From a virus (lineage: Duplodnaviria > Caudoviricetes), in IMG/VR virus record IMGVR_UViG_3300016263_000206, positions 1 to 32,337 of that record: a DNA stretch of 32,337 bases, one strand, 5' to 3'. Of the stretch, positions 23,322 to 32,337 are shown one piece after another. The stretch's first letter is position 1; each line of letters starts with the position of its first letter. Made by a program: the position numbers and the translations under genes. Below the pieces are notes generated by a model, which did no database searches, was not told the DNA's origin, and saw nothing but the letters and a program-made list of their open reading frames with translations.

Positions 23322-26210
23322 CTAGCCCCCCCTCGGCGTGTCGCCCTGGAACCGTGCATACCCAACGATTGCAACAGGCTGGTTGAAGTAGTTGCTGGCC
23401 GCCTGGCCGATGCCCAGTGCGATCTGCTCGAGGTACTTGGTCTGCAGGCGTTGCTGGATCAGCGCCGGGTCCTGGCCCTGTGCCGCCGTCTGAATCACGA
23501 GGTTGGCGCCCTCGGTGCTGCGAACGTCCGCCACGCTCAGCGACTGGTCGCCCAGCGTGTTGAGTTTGCGAAGCCGCTCCTCCTGTCGTTTGGCTTCGGC
23601 CTCGGCGGCCTTCTTCTGCTCATCGAATATCCGCTGCTGCTCCTGGGCGTACTGCTCTTGGGCCTTTTGCTGCTGCTGTTGATAAGCCTGCAGGGCAGTC
23701 TGCTGCTCTCGCTGGTATTGCTCTTGAGCCTTCAGTAGATCGGCGTTTTGCTTTTTCTGGTTCTCGACAGCGGCGGCGGCGTCTTTGTCCTTTTGACGCT
23801 TCACGTCTTCCAGGTGCTTCAACTCAGCATTGAATAGCTCTTGCTGCCGCTGCACTTCCTGCTGGAAAGCCTCGGCGTTCAGAATGCCATCGCGGGCCTG
23901 TTCTTGAGCAGCCGCGATGCCTTCTTGCAGACGCAGTGCAGCGTCAAACCCGGCTTGGCCAAACTCCTGAGACTTGGCAATGAGCCCGTTGATGTTGTCG
24001 TTGACGTTGTCGAAGGCGGCCTGAAAGCCTTGGCCAAAGCCTTGCTCCAGGGCCTGCTGCTGCTCTTCTAGGCTGGCCTGGAGTTGGTCAAGCTCGCCCT
24101 GCCGGGCTGCGGCTGCGTCCGCCTGGGCGGCGTTGTCGGCCTGGCGTGCAGCAGCAAGCTCGGCAGACACTCGGGCCTGCTCACGCTGCACGGTCTGCAG
24201 GTCCTGCTCGAGCTTGGTGGCGGCGTCGCTCGCTCCAAGAAGCGTGTCGATCCTCTTCTTGTCAGCGTCCGCCTGCGCAGTGGCCGCCTCGGCCGCATCT
24301 CGCCGCGTAGCCAGTTCTTGATCTAGCTCGGCGTTAACGTTTTCCATGAATCCGCTCATGATCTCGACTTGCGCTGCGGTTAGCTCGCCAGCAGCTGCCA
24401 TCTGCTGAAACGTCTCGACGGCGGCCACGGACTCCCGCAGAAACTGCGAAGCGTCTTGGCCAGCCTCGGCCAAAAACTGCTTAAGCCGCTCCTGGGTTTC
24501 ACTGAGGTTTAGCTCTAGCTGCACTTCCGGCCGGCGTGCGTTCTCAATCTCTTCACGCAAGCCGCGCAGATACTCAGAGGCAGCGCCCCTGCCAGCAGCG
24601 GCAGCGTTGCCGCTTCCGCCGGTCAGTGCTCCGCTGATGGCGTTGCCCAGCTGCTCGCCTGCAGCGGCTAGCTGCTGGACGTTTTGATCAATCTGCCGCT
24701 GGGCATTTGCTGCCACGTCCCGGCCGAACTTTTCAAGGTCGGCACTAACGTAACTGCCAATGCCTTCCAGCACCTTCCCGAGCGAGACTGCAATCCCGTT
24801 TCCAATCAACTCGAACGTGTTGAAGATTGCTGAAAACGTAGCCGACAGTCCGTTGAGAACGTCTGCCGTAAATGCGAACGACGCGGAGACTGTTTCGAGC
24901 GTCCCGGTGAGTCCACCGTACTCTGCAACGAACTTGTCGAATGTGTTGGCGAAATAATCAGCACCCTGAAGCAGAACGTCCGTGATGGCGTTGGCGATGC
25001 CAGTGCCGCCCGTGCCTTGGGCTCCGCTCCAACTTTCAACAAACCTGAGAAACTGATTCGTTACGTCAGTGACTGCTGGGGCAAGGTTGCCGATCACCTG
25101 GCCGACAATGCCTTCAATGGTGGCCCGCACCAAGTCAAAAGCATCGTTCATGTCAGCGACGTTGTTCACCTGCGTCTCGCTGACGATGATGCCAAGCCGC
25201 TCGGCTCGGGCCTGCAACTCCTCAAGGCTCGCGGCGCCTTCGCGGAACAGCGGAGCAAGTGCGGCGCCCTGTTTGCCGAAGATTTCCACGGCAGCGGCAG
25301 CACGATCCGCAGCCGTTGGCAACTCAGAGATGGCTTGGCCGATTGCTGAAAACTGCTGCGCTGGAGACAGGGCACGCAGTTCCTTGACCGAAAGGTTGAT
25401 TTGCCTGAGCGACTTATCGAGTGCGTCGCCTGGCGTGGCCTTGCCGATGTTTACGGCCAGTTTCTGCACGGCAGCACCAAACTGCTCCGTGTCCACGCCG
25501 GCTAGCTTTGCTGCCAGTGAATAACCCTGGAGCTCCTCAACTCCAAACCCAGTTCGTGCCGCAAAGTCGTTTAGCGTGTCGATTGACCCGTTGACGCTAG
25601 TGACGAGCGATGCGACGCGGCCAGTGATGTCTCGGAAAACGCCGCCGAGGGACTGCAACCCATCAATAAACAATCGGCCGATTTCAATGCCCGCGAGAAT
25701 CTTGGTGTTCCGAGCCAGTGATTCCAGGCTTTTATCCGTTTGCTTGGCAGATGTTCCAGCCCGATCTAGGTCTGTCTTGGCCTTTTCTAGCGCCCGGTTG
25801 TAGGTGTCTTGCGTGATGCGGCCTGCACGCAGTTGATCGTTGAGTTCCGCAACTGCGGCGTCGTACCGCTCGAGCGGTGAAATGTTGGCCTTAGTGATCT
25901 CGGCCGCCCGCTTGAACGCCGCAGCCTCTTTGTTGATCTCTGCCGTGAGCTCTGCGTAGTTTCTCGCAAACTGCTCGGCAGAAATATCTCCACGCTTCAG
26001 GCTGTCGGTGAGATCCGCCAGCGACTTGGAGGCGGAAGCCTGGGCGTTCGCGGCCGCTTCGCTCGTGCCCGCAAACTGATCAAAGACGCTTGTAGCCTTT
26101 GCGGCCTGTTTCCCAAGATTCTCAAGCGCCCGCTCCGCTGGCGTCAGATTCTTCACCACGCCAGAGGCGTCGGCGTTGACCTTCAGCGCGAGTGAAAGAA
26201 TAGTGGCCAT
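23322..26210 (-). CDS. Tail tape measure protein
   Basis: 962 aa, Ala/Gln-rich helical; MATILSLALKVNADASG N-terminus; follows the chaperone pair. Confidence 0.93.
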   Translation of the reverse strand: MATILSLALKVNADASGVVKNLTPAERALENLGKQAAKATSVFDQFAGTSEAAANAQASASKSLADLTDSLKRGDISAEQFARNYAELTAEINKEAAAFKRAAEITKANISPLERYDAAVAELNDQLRAGRITQDTYNRALEKAKTDLDRAGTSAKQTDKSLESLARNTKILAGIEIGRLFIDGLQSLGGVFRDITGRVASLVTSVNGSIDTLNDFAARTGFGVEELQGYSLAAKLAGVDTEQFGAAVQKLAVNIGKATPGDALDKSLRQINLSVKELRALSPAQQFSAIGQAISELPTAADRAAAAVEIFGKQGAALAPLFREGAASLEELQARAERLGIIVSETQVNNVADMNDAFDLVRATIEGIVGQVIGNLAPAVTDVTNQFLRFVESWSGAQGTGGTGIANAITDVLLQGADYFANTFDKFVAEYGGLTGTLETVSASFAFTADVLNGLSATFSAIFNTFELIGNGIAVSLGKVLEGIGSYVSADLEKFGRDVAANAQRQIDQNVQQLAAAGEQLGNAISGALTGGSGNAAAAGRGAASEYLRGLREEIENARRPEVQLELNLSETQERLKQFLAEAGQDASQFLRESVAAVETFQQMAAAGELTAAQVEIMSGFMENVNAELDQELATRRDAAEAATAQADADKKRIDTLLGASDAATKLEQDLQTVQREQARVSAELAAARQADNAAQADAAAARQGELDQLQASLEEQQQALEQGFGQGFQAAFDNVNDNINGLIAKSQEFGQAGFDAALRLQEGIAAAQEQARDGILNAEAFQQEVQRQQELFNAELKHLEDVKRQKDKDAAAAVENQKKQNADLLKAQEQYQREQQTALQAYQQQQQKAQEQYAQEQQRIFDEQKKAAEAEAKRQEERLRKLNTLGDQSLSVADVRSTEGANLVIQTAAQGQDPALIQQRLQTKYLEQIALGIGQAASNYFNQPVAIVGYARFQGDTPRGG

Positions 26211-26524
26211 TAGTCTTGGGCGAAGGCCAGCAGCTTCTGCAGCTCGGCCCTCATCTGTGATGCGTGTTGCGGCGGCTTCTCAATCGGGTTGAAGTCTTCG
26301 GCCTTAAGGGCTTTTCCTGCTTGCGAGTACGGAGCGAGCACGGCACTTGTCAGCAGGCCCGTCTGCCGCCACGGATCAGGAAGAGCCTGGTAGTACCGCG
26401 TGAATGCGATCCACTCCGACAGTTCCTGCGAGTCCATGCGGCGGGACAGCTCCCGAACCGTCATCCCTAGGTGGCCCGCCAGACGAAAGAGAAACCTCCT
26501 CGTATGGCGGACGCTCAGTTTTTT
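26210..26524 (-). CDS. Tail assembly chaperone GT extension (-1 frameshift product, ~226 aa fused)
   Basis: Slippery A-AAA-AAC at 26524-26518; the -1 frame reads LSVRHTRRFLFRLAGHLGMTVRELSRRMDSQELSEW. Confidence 0.85.
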   Translation of the reverse strand, partial: KKLSVRHTRRFLFRLAGHLGMTVRELSRRMDSQELSEWIAFTRYYQALPDPWRQTGLLTSAVLAPYSQAGKALKAEDFNPIEKPPQHASQMRAELQKLLAFAQD

Positions 26525-26889
26525 GCCAACTCCTCCACATCGGTTTCGGTCATGTTGTTGTGCTTCATCGCCTTGTCGAAGAGCTTTGTCACGATCGCCG
26601 CAGACTTCTTCGCCAGCTGCTCGATGCCAGCCTCGTCAAAGAGCCGCTCGCCGCTCTCGGGGTGGCACAGACATCGGGCCAGATACTTTGTCCTGAAGTT
26701 GTCGATGCCACGGTCCTTATTGCCGATCCACTCCTTTTCGTAGGAGTCCCGTTCTTCGACAGTCATCACGCGAACGCCGAGCACGAGGGGCTTGCCGTCC
26801 GCACCCTTCCATTCCCGCACGGTAACTTTGAGGATCGGCAGATCGTCTGCCGCAAGAATCTGAGCCGCCAACTCTGAGACGCTAAGCAT
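26515..26889 (-). CDS. Tail assembly chaperone (gpG-like)
   Basis: 124 aa ending EELAKN at the slippery site. Confidence 0.85.
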   Translation of the reverse strand: MLSVSELAAQILAADDLPILKVTVREWKGADGKPLVLGVRVMTVEERDSYEKEWIGNKDRGIDNFRTKYLARCLCHPESGERLFDEAGIEQLAKKSAAIVTKLFDKAMKHNNMTETDVEELAKN

Positions 26890-26892
26890 GGT

Positions 26893-27210
26893 TCACCCTT
26901 GGAGACGAAGCGTGGCCGCGTAGCGGGCCACGTCATTGACCACGCCAGACAGGGTGAACTTCTCGAGCACCGCCGTGCCGGTGTAGGCCAGGCCGCCACC
27001 AGCGATGGTAACCGTGCCACGCTTGCCGTAGTTGGTGGCCGAGATGTTCGCCGTCGTCAGGCACGATATCTCTATAGTGCCAACGTCAAGCGTCCACGTA
27101 CTCGCACGGGCCATGGGCAGCGAGCCGCCGTGAGTCACCTTTAGCTCGGTGACTTCGCCGAAGCTCGTGCCGTCCCACGTCGCCGTAACGCCCGAAGCAA
27201 AGATCGCCAT
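26893..27210 (-). CDS. Tail tube-like protein 2
   Basis: 105 aa, Thr/Gly-rich, similar to the upstream ORF; GGAGG RBS. Confidence 0.68.
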   Translation of the reverse strand: MAIFASGVTATWDGTSFGEVTELKVTHGGSLPMARASTWTLDVGTIEISCLTTANISATNYGKRGTVTIAGGGLAYTGTAVLEKFTLSGVVNDVARYAATLRLQG

Positions 27211-27229
27211 GACGGGCCTCCGTCACGGA

Positions 27230-27622
27230 TCAGCTGCGGGCGATACGAACGGTAGCCTGGCCTCGGATCGCATCCTGCGTGGCAAGCGTCAGCGTCGAGC
27301 TCTGCACGGTGCCGACTCGGCTCAGGAGCGACGAGCCGCCTACCGTGATTGCCAGCGTGCCGGTTGCACGGTCAGCGATCAGGGTTTTGCCGATGTAATC
27401 AAAAGTCACCGTCTGTCCGGTATCACCGGAAACCGAGCCGGCCAGTGGCAGGTCAAGGGTCTTCGCAGTCTCGCCAGCGGTCTGGCCAAGGTGCGACACA
27501 TTGATCTTCTCGTCCTCGGCAGTCGGATCTGTCGCCGAGACGACAACATTCGTGACGGTGTAGGTCACAGAGTTGAACGTCAGGACTGTCCCGGCGCCAT
27601 CATGCGGCGTTTCAAATGCCAT
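27230..27622 (-). CDS. Major tail tube-like protein 1
   Basis: 130 aa, Thr-rich, directly after the tail terminator. Confidence 0.72.
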   Translation of the reverse strand: MAFETPHDGAGTVLTFNSVTYTVTNVVVSATDPTAEDEKINVSHLGQTAGETAKTLDLPLAGSVSGDTGQTVTFDYIGKTLIADRATGTLAITVGGSSLLSRVGTVQSSTLTLATQDAIRGQATVRIARS

Positions 27623-27625
27623 CGA

Positions 27626-28042
27626 TTAAGTCTCCTGCCAGAGGATGCTGAATGACTGTGTGACCTGATACACGGGTGGCAAATCGCCGCCGGCGAGCTG
27701 AACGAAGCCATCAGACTCGGTGTCTAGGCTCACGTTCCGAACGCTTACGTATTCTGAGACTTGGCCGCCCCAGCCATCCAGAACCGAGCGGATTCTGTCT
27801 GCCGCCTCGCGTGCCTCTTCGTACGTGGTGGCGAACACGTCCACGGCCATCTGAACAGTGGCTGCGCCGATCGGGCCAGAAAGCCCCTGGGAGCGAGTGA
27901 CCGCCGTGCGTCGCCAAGTGGCGAACGGCAGCGAGGCAGATGCCGGGGCGATCACGGGCCAGATCCGCTGGCCCAGAATCAACGCCACGGCAGGATCGGC
28001 AACAAGTGCTCGAGCGGCTGCCTGCTCTGGGGATTTAAGCAT
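27626..28042 (-). CDS. Tail completion/terminator protein (DUF3168-like)
   Basis: LVADPAVALILGQRIWPVIAP...LPFATW...QMAVDVFATTYEEAREAADRIRSVLDG. Confidence 0.85.
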   Translation of the reverse strand: MLKSPEQAAARALVADPAVALILGQRIWPVIAPASASLPFATWRRTAVTRSQGLSGPIGAATVQMAVDVFATTYEEAREAADRIRSVLDGWGGQVSEYVSVRNVSLDTESDGFVQLAGGDLPPVYQVTQSFSILWQET

Positions 28043-28045
28043 GGC

Positions 28046-28828
28046 TCAGCCTCCAGCTTGGATAGTGCCGCCGGTCACAGTACCTGTGCCGCTGAAAGTC
28101 AAAGCCTCCAGGGCTCGCTCCATTGAGATGCGGAGCTCTTGCGTCAGCGTTGTCGCCACCTTGCCCTGATACTCTCGCCAAGTCTTTCGCAGCGGTGGCT
28201 CGCTTAGCCCACCGGGCTGCATTGCTTCAATCACCAGCGTTTCGCCTTTCTTGCCCTTCTTGAAGAAGGCTCCTCGTGGCGTTTCAAGGCCACGCCCGCT
28301 CTTCGTGATTGCAAACGGCCCTCGGCTGCCAAGGCTCGACGCAATCATTGCTCCCTGGCCAGCCTTCACCTCATGGGCCTGCACTGTGGCCACCGTGCCA
28401 GACTTCATCCTTCGGGTGTGTGCACGCCGCTGGTATGGCTTCGTCGCTATCGTTTTGATTGGCCGCTGCTTCGTGCCGAACTCAACCAGCCACTGATGGA
28501 ATGCACGGTCCGGCCCTAGGCGAACGGTGCCAGGTTGTGCGATTTCTTTTGAATCGGCTTTCGCGGCCCGGTTGTAGCCGAGCAAGCCAACGGCGTTGCC
28601 GTCCTTGGGGTACCTCACAACTTTGAGGTTCGCTGCACGCTTGAGGTTGCCAGTCGGCCCGGCCGGCGTGTTCTCTCGCAGCCGCAGCTGGGCCGGGAAC
28701 AGAGCCTTTTCTAGTGCGTCTCCAAGAAGGTCAGACAACCCTTTGTTGTCAAACACCTTGCCGAGCGACGCCTGGAGCTTGAGCAGCTCAGACGAGTCCA
28801 GAGACAGGTTGACGCCAGCGACTGCCAT
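28046..28828 (-). CDS. HK97 gp10-like neck protein
   Basis: TPAGPTGNLKRA, HQWLVEFGT; position. Confidence 0.78.
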   Translation of the reverse strand: MAVAGVNLSLDSSELLKLQASLGKVFDNKGLSDLLGDALEKALFPAQLRLRENTPAGPTGNLKRAANLKVVRYPKDGNAVGLLGYNRAAKADSKEIAQPGTVRLGPDRAFHQWLVEFGTKQRPIKTIATKPYQRRAHTRRMKSGTVATVQAHEVKAGQGAMIASSLGSRGPFAITKSGRGLETPRGAFFKKGKKGETLVIEAMQPGGLSEPPLRKTWREYQGKVATTLTQELRISMERALEALTFSGTGTVTGGTIQAGG

Positions 28829-29143
28829 CTACGCGGTCTCCTGGCAGAGCAGCTCGTGCTCGCTGCGGTTGTTGTGCTCGAGCAGGCTCACGATCTCCAG
28901 CGTGCGGCCACGCCACTGGATACGCATGCTCTGGGTAAGCCCCGTCAAATACCGCATTCGCACCCGGTGCGTCACGTCAATCTGCTGTTGCCCGTAGGAC
29001 AGCGACTCCCTGGCGGATACGCCCTCCACGCTCGCCCACCGAGTGGCGAACGTGCTCCACGAAAGCACTGTTTCGCCAAGGGCGTTGCGCGTCTCCGCAG
29101 CCTGCTGCACCGTCACACGCTCTCGAAGGCGGCCGGCGTCCAT
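28829..29143 (-). CDS. Head-closure/head-tail adaptor (SPP1 gp16-like)
   Basis: MDAGRLRERVTVQ...WASVEGVSARE...THRVRMRY...MRIQWRGRTLEI. Confidence 0.92.
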   Translation of the reverse strand: MDAGRLRERVTVQQAAETRNALGETVLSWSTFATRWASVEGVSARESLSYGQQQIDVTHRVRMRYLTGLTQSMRIQWRGRTLEIVSLLEHNNRSEHELLCQETA

Positions 29144-29145
29144 TT

Positions 29146-29544
29146 CTACTCACCCCAAACGACAACCGTGTAACGAGTCGTGCCGTTGACTGCAAAAACA
29201 GAAACAGACTCCTGCTCGTCAATGTTGCTGACGCAGGGGCGGTTTACAGACGAAAGGTACAAAGATCCGTTGGACTGCGTCAGAACGCCGCCGTTGCCGC
29301 TTGCAAGAAATGCAATGCGCCCACTTCCGCCCGGAGCAACTTCGACAAGCTGCCCAGAGGCATCGCGGTACGTGGTTGGCCCAAACGACAGCGTCACGCC
29401 AGTTGTGCTGCATGTGCCTGACATGATGGCGACTTCGCCAGTCGTATAAGCCTCAGAATCCTGCAGGCTCACCACCTTGAGCGACGCGGTGCCGTCCTTG
29501 TCGTGAAACAGCACGTCAACATTGATGCGGCCGTCGATGCTCAT
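29146..29544 (-). CDS. Hypothetical virion protein (132 aa)
   Basis: ATG 29544 overlaps the upstream stop; lies between the two connector genes. Confidence 0.78.
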   Translation of the reverse strand: MSIDGRINVDVLFHDKDGTASLKVVSLQDSEAYTTGEVAIMSGTCSTTGVTLSFGPTTYRDASGQLVEVAPGGSGRIAFLASGNGGVLTQSNGSLYLSSVNRPCVSNIDEQESVSVFAVNGTTRYTVVVWGE

Positions 29545-30131
29545 TGGTAGTTGCCCCACTTCTGCGAGTCCAGCAGTGACCGAGCTGCCGCCGGCGGCTC
29601 AGCGTTGCCGCGCTTTTCGTACATCTCGTGCACATACATCAAAATGGCGTTTTTGACCGCCGCTGGCACGCTTGAGCCAGAAGCCCCGTAGCCAGCCCAC
29701 CACGTCACGCTGATGGCGTTGTCGTCCCACCGATGAGGTGGCCAAGTCTGCCCGTAAAGCGTCTTCACGGCTCCTGGCGTGGCATTGCGATCCACCCGGT
29801 AGCTCGCCGTGCTGAAGGTGCTCGTGGTGCCGCTCTCGGCCGTGAACGTCAAAGAGACGGCCGTGGCGGTCCCGCTCGTCACCATCGGCGGACGTGGCAG
29901 CGGCACATCCTCGGTGCCGTTGTCGGGGAACTTATCCAACCGCATTACCCACTGCGTGTGCACCAGGGTTCGGTCTAGGTATGCCTCAACCCACTCACGC
30001 GCCGCCGTGATCAGCGTGCCGATGTAGGCGTCGTCGTCGCTAGTGTCTACCCGCAGATGGGCCTTGGCTTCGGCCACCGTGACGGGCTCAACGGCTGGCC
30101 CTGTCTGTCTCGTCAGGCTTCGGTACTGCAC
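29541..30131 (-). CDS. Head-tail connector (HK97 gp6-like)
   Basis: PAVEPVTVAEAKAHLRVD...LITAAREWVE...AGYG...VPAAVKNAILMYV..MYEKR; GTG 30131 with GAGGA. Confidence 0.92.
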   Translation of the reverse strand: MQYRSLTRQTGPAVEPVTVAEAKAHLRVDTSDDDAYIGTLITAAREWVEAYLDRTLVHTQWVMRLDKFPDNGTEDVPLPRPPMVTSGTATAVSLTFTAESGTTSTFSTASYRVDRNATPGAVKTLYGQTWPPHRWDDNAISVTWWAGYGASGSSVPAAVKNAILMYVHEMYEKRGNAEPPAAARSLLDSQKWGNYQ

Positions 30132-30327
30132 GGCGTCCTCGTCGCTTCGGCGTGGCGTCTGCGGTTTCAACTGGCGTGGCGAGTGCTGCCGTCTCGAGCA
30201 GGTTGCCCTGGTTGTCGGCCACGGCCAGCCGCTGAGCGAGCAGCTGCGTCGCCAGTCCGCTGGGCACGTCTGCCGCCTGCCCTTTGCGGTAGCCACGCCA
30301 CGCACGGGTAAATCTCAGTTTCACCAT
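30088..30327 (-). CDS. Small hypothetical protein (79 aa, MVKLRFTRAWRGY...)
   Basis: ATG 30327 overlaps the upstream TAA. Confidence 0.72.
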   Translation of the reverse strand: MVKLRFTRAWRGYRKGQAADVPSGLATQLLAQRLAVADNQGNLLETAALATPVETADATPKRRGRRAVPKPDETDRASR

Positions 30328-31058
30328 TAACCCACGCTCCATGCAGTTTCGGGACGTTTGCCGGTGTTCGTGAACTCTGTTGTCCACTGGAAAACAGGGG
30401 CTGCGAGGTTCTTGCCGGGCCACGTCACCACGTACTCGCCGTGGCCCAGCACCACGCGGGGGGAGATGAAAACGCGGTTGCCGCTTTCTCGCCAGTTCTT
30501 CCACCACCAGATATCTGGATCGATTCGCCCGTCGTTCCACGAACCATCTGGGGCTGGCTTGCTCCAAAACCACGGTTTCTTAGTTCGCCTGAGTGCGGCC
30601 GTGCTGATGACCGTGCAGCCGAAGTGTGCCGTGTCCACCTCCTGCACAGGCTCGGCAAACCACGACGCCGGCAGCTGCGTGTGGCCTTCCTCTGGCGGTG
30701 CGTCCAGCGTGCCCTTGAGCGTCAGCATCGGGCGGCCGTCTTCTCGCTTAGTCTGCAGCCCGGTGATGGCGTCGCACTGAAACGTCATCGCCATGGCGAA
30801 GAGCTGCTCAACGTCCTGCCGAGTGAAAAATGTGTCGTAATCAATGCAGAGCAGGTATTCAGCCGAGTCAAGAAACTGCTCCATGACCCTGGTATTTACC
30901 TGGTCCCAGAACGCGCCGGTGCCCATGGTTGGGCGGATGCCGAGCGGCATCAGTGCTTGAGCCCATGCGAAGTGGTTTGAAGTAAACGAAAGCCGTGGCA
31001 TCGAGAGGATTGCCTCGACGCGGATATCAACCTCAGTGCCGCCAACCTTGACGATCAT
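30327..31058 (-). CDS. GT-A fold glycosyltransferase-like protein
   Basis: YLLCIDYDTFF (DxD), VDTAHFGCTVIS, DPDIWWW, VVLGHGE. Confidence 0.72.
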   Translation of the reverse strand: MIVKVGGTEVDIRVEAILSMPRLSFTSNHFAWAQALMPLGIRPTMGTGAFWDQVNTRVMEQFLDSAEYLLCIDYDTFFTRQDVEQLFAMAMTFQCDAITGLQTKREDGRPMLTLKGTLDAPPEEGHTQLPASWFAEPVQEVDTAHFGCTVISTAALRRTKKPWFWSKPAPDGSWNDGRIDPDIWWWKNWRESGNRVFISPRVVLGHGEYVVTWPGKNLAAPVFQWTTEFTNTGKRPETAWSVG

Positions 31059-31077
31059 TGTGCCCCTGCAAACGAGA

Positions 31078-31105
31078 GCGGGCGGCCCCGGTTGGAGCCG
31101 CCCGC
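31078..31105 (-). terminator. Terminator-like hairpin after the capsid gene
   Basis: GCGGGCGGC/GCCGCCCGC stem followed by TCTCGTTT on the minus strand. Confidence 0.6.
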
Positions 31106-31107
31106 CT

Positions 31108-31127
31108 AGCGTTGCAGGTGTGTCAAG
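31108..31127 (-). promoter_or_regulatory. Phage promoter motif copy 4 (CTTGAC-ACAC-CTGC-AACGCT)
   Basis: Between the capsid stop and the hairpin. Confidence 0.55.
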
Positions 31128-31136
31128 CCGTCAGGC

Positions 31137-32337
31137 TCACGCACCCTTGAGGGCGATGACCGGGCCGGCGACGGTGTCGCTGCCCAGCGTGTGCCACGAG
31201 ATCGCCACGCGAGCCGTGGCCTTGAGCACCGTCTGGTCGCTCAGGAAGGCCACCTCGGAGCTGGAGGCGAGCTCGATGCCCTGGCGGGTGCCGAAGATCG
31301 CCGCGTTCGCCAGGTTGGCAAACAGAGCGAACACGTTGCCCGTCTGGTCGCCGCTGGTCGGCATCTCGTCGGTGAGCACAACGGGGTAGCCCATGAACGT
31401 GAGCCCCAGGCCCTGCGAGAGGCCGATCGATCCGCCCTGGGCGGCGTCGAGAGCCTGCATGCAGTCGGCAAAGAAGTACGGAGAAACGTACCACTTTGCA
31501 CCCGCCCGGCTGTGGGACGGCATCAGAGCCATCATCCGCAGCAGGTTGGCCTTGGTCACCTCGTCCGGCGTGTCGCCGGCAGCCGTCACGAGGGACGCGG
31601 CGTAGGTCGCCGACGAGCCCGCGAGGATGCCGTTGCTGGTCAGGATGCCAGCCACGCTGGGAGCCGAGCCGCTGTTGCCGTTGAACGCGATGTTTTCAAT
31701 CGCATTGGTGAGGCACAAGGCCAGCTCGGCCGCGATCCAGTCGGCGTACGCCGCCGGGTTGACCGCGTCCGAGAGCAGCTCGTTGGCGATCTTGGTGGCC
31801 GCCGTGCACTTCTTGGCGGTCAGCGTGACCTGCGTGCTGGTCGGGTCGCTGTCCGTGATCGCCACGTTTTCGTTCTGCCAGTTGACGGTGGCGCCGGCCG
31901 TCCGCTTTGGGACGAGCACCACGTCGCTCGGCATCTGGATATTCAGAGCATTCGACGCGAACGCCGAGTTTTCCGTGACGAGCCGCAGGACGGTGTCGGA
32001 CAGGAGGATGTCCGGCACGAACGCCGCACCCGTGGTCGAGCCCGTCGAGCCCTGGGCACGCACCTCGATACCGGCGTCTTCGCACCACCGCTTGGCGTCG
32101 GCGTCGCGGAGGAGCGTGGCCTTGAGCTGCATGCCGCTCTTGTAGGCGTCCTCGTGAGACCGGAACGCCTTCAGCTTGCCGTGGAACGGCATGGCCTGAA
32201 TGCGGGGAGCCTTGCGCTCCTCGGTCACCTCGGGAGCCGGCGTGCAGCGATCCACGACGCTGCGGAGGTTCTTCGACGCATCGGCCACCGACTTCTCGAA
32301 GTCGATCTTCTTGGCGAGCTTCGCGGCGTCCGCGTTC
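31137..32337 (-). CDS. Major capsid protein, HK97 fold (5'-truncated)
   Basis: Frame open to the window end; GAAFVP, VTLTAKK, IANELLSDA, IENIAFNGNS, TFMGYPVVLTDEMP, FLSDQTVLKATAR. Confidence 0.93.
   Translation of the reverse strand, partial: NADAAKLAKKIDFEKSVADASKNLRSVVDRCTPAPEVTEERKAPRIQAMPFHGKLKAFRSHEDAYKSGMQLKATLLRDADAKRWCEDAGIEVRAQGSTGSTTGAAFVPDILLSDTVLRLVTENSAFASNALNIQMPSDVVLVPKRTAGATVNWQNENVAITDSDPTSTQVTLTAKKCTAATKIANELLSDAVNPAAYADWIAAELALCLTNAIENIAFNGNSGSAPSVAGILTSNGILAGSSATYAASLVTAAGDTPDEVTKANLLRMMALMPSHSRAGAKWYVSPYFFADCMQALDAAQGGSIGLSQGLGLTFMGYPVVLTDEMPTSGDQTGNVFALFANLANAAIFGTRQGIELASSSEVAFLSDQTVLKATARVAISWHTLGSDTVAGPVIALKGA

Larger units (their letters stand above)
1..32337 (-). 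mobile_element. Temperate tailed phage genome segment (siphovirus-like, HK97-type morphogenesis)
   Basis: Syntenic capsid, head-tail, tail, tape-measure, integrase, recombination, replication and RusA genes, co-oriented with overlapping stop/start codons; no host operons. Confidence 0.97.

Overview
About 32 kb of a GC-rich temperate siphovirus-type phage (HK97-like head-tail module). Nearly all genes are on the minus strand, read right to left: major capsid (5'-truncated), head-tail connectors, tail and tape measure, tail-tip and accessory genes, a + strand tyrosine integrase with a putative attP, a regulatory switch region, early and replication genes (RecT, SNF2-like helicase, two DNA methyltransferases, replication initiator with iterons, LexA-like DNA-binding domain, DnaN), RusA, two glycosyltransferases, a putative lysis block with a papain-like protease, and a LamG-like protein. 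A second, 5'-truncated tyrosine recombinase lies at the left edge. Terminase and portal are outside the window. A Planctomycetota host is my inference from gene-family recognition and is not shown by the sequence. Top finding: a 339-bp integron-type gene cassette inside the phage early operon. It has an attC of canonical geometry (7166-7255) and an attI-like left junction (6898-6916). The ORF is antisense to attC and takes its RBS, start codon and first ~21 codons from attC itself, and no IntI is present. Other signals: a four-copy non-canonical promoter motif, a GGA-repeat (CsrA-site-like) intergenic region, SOS-box-like and operator motifs, a 23-aa hydrophobic micropeptide, and a tmRNA/tRNA-like attP. 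All calls were made by eye, without database searches.
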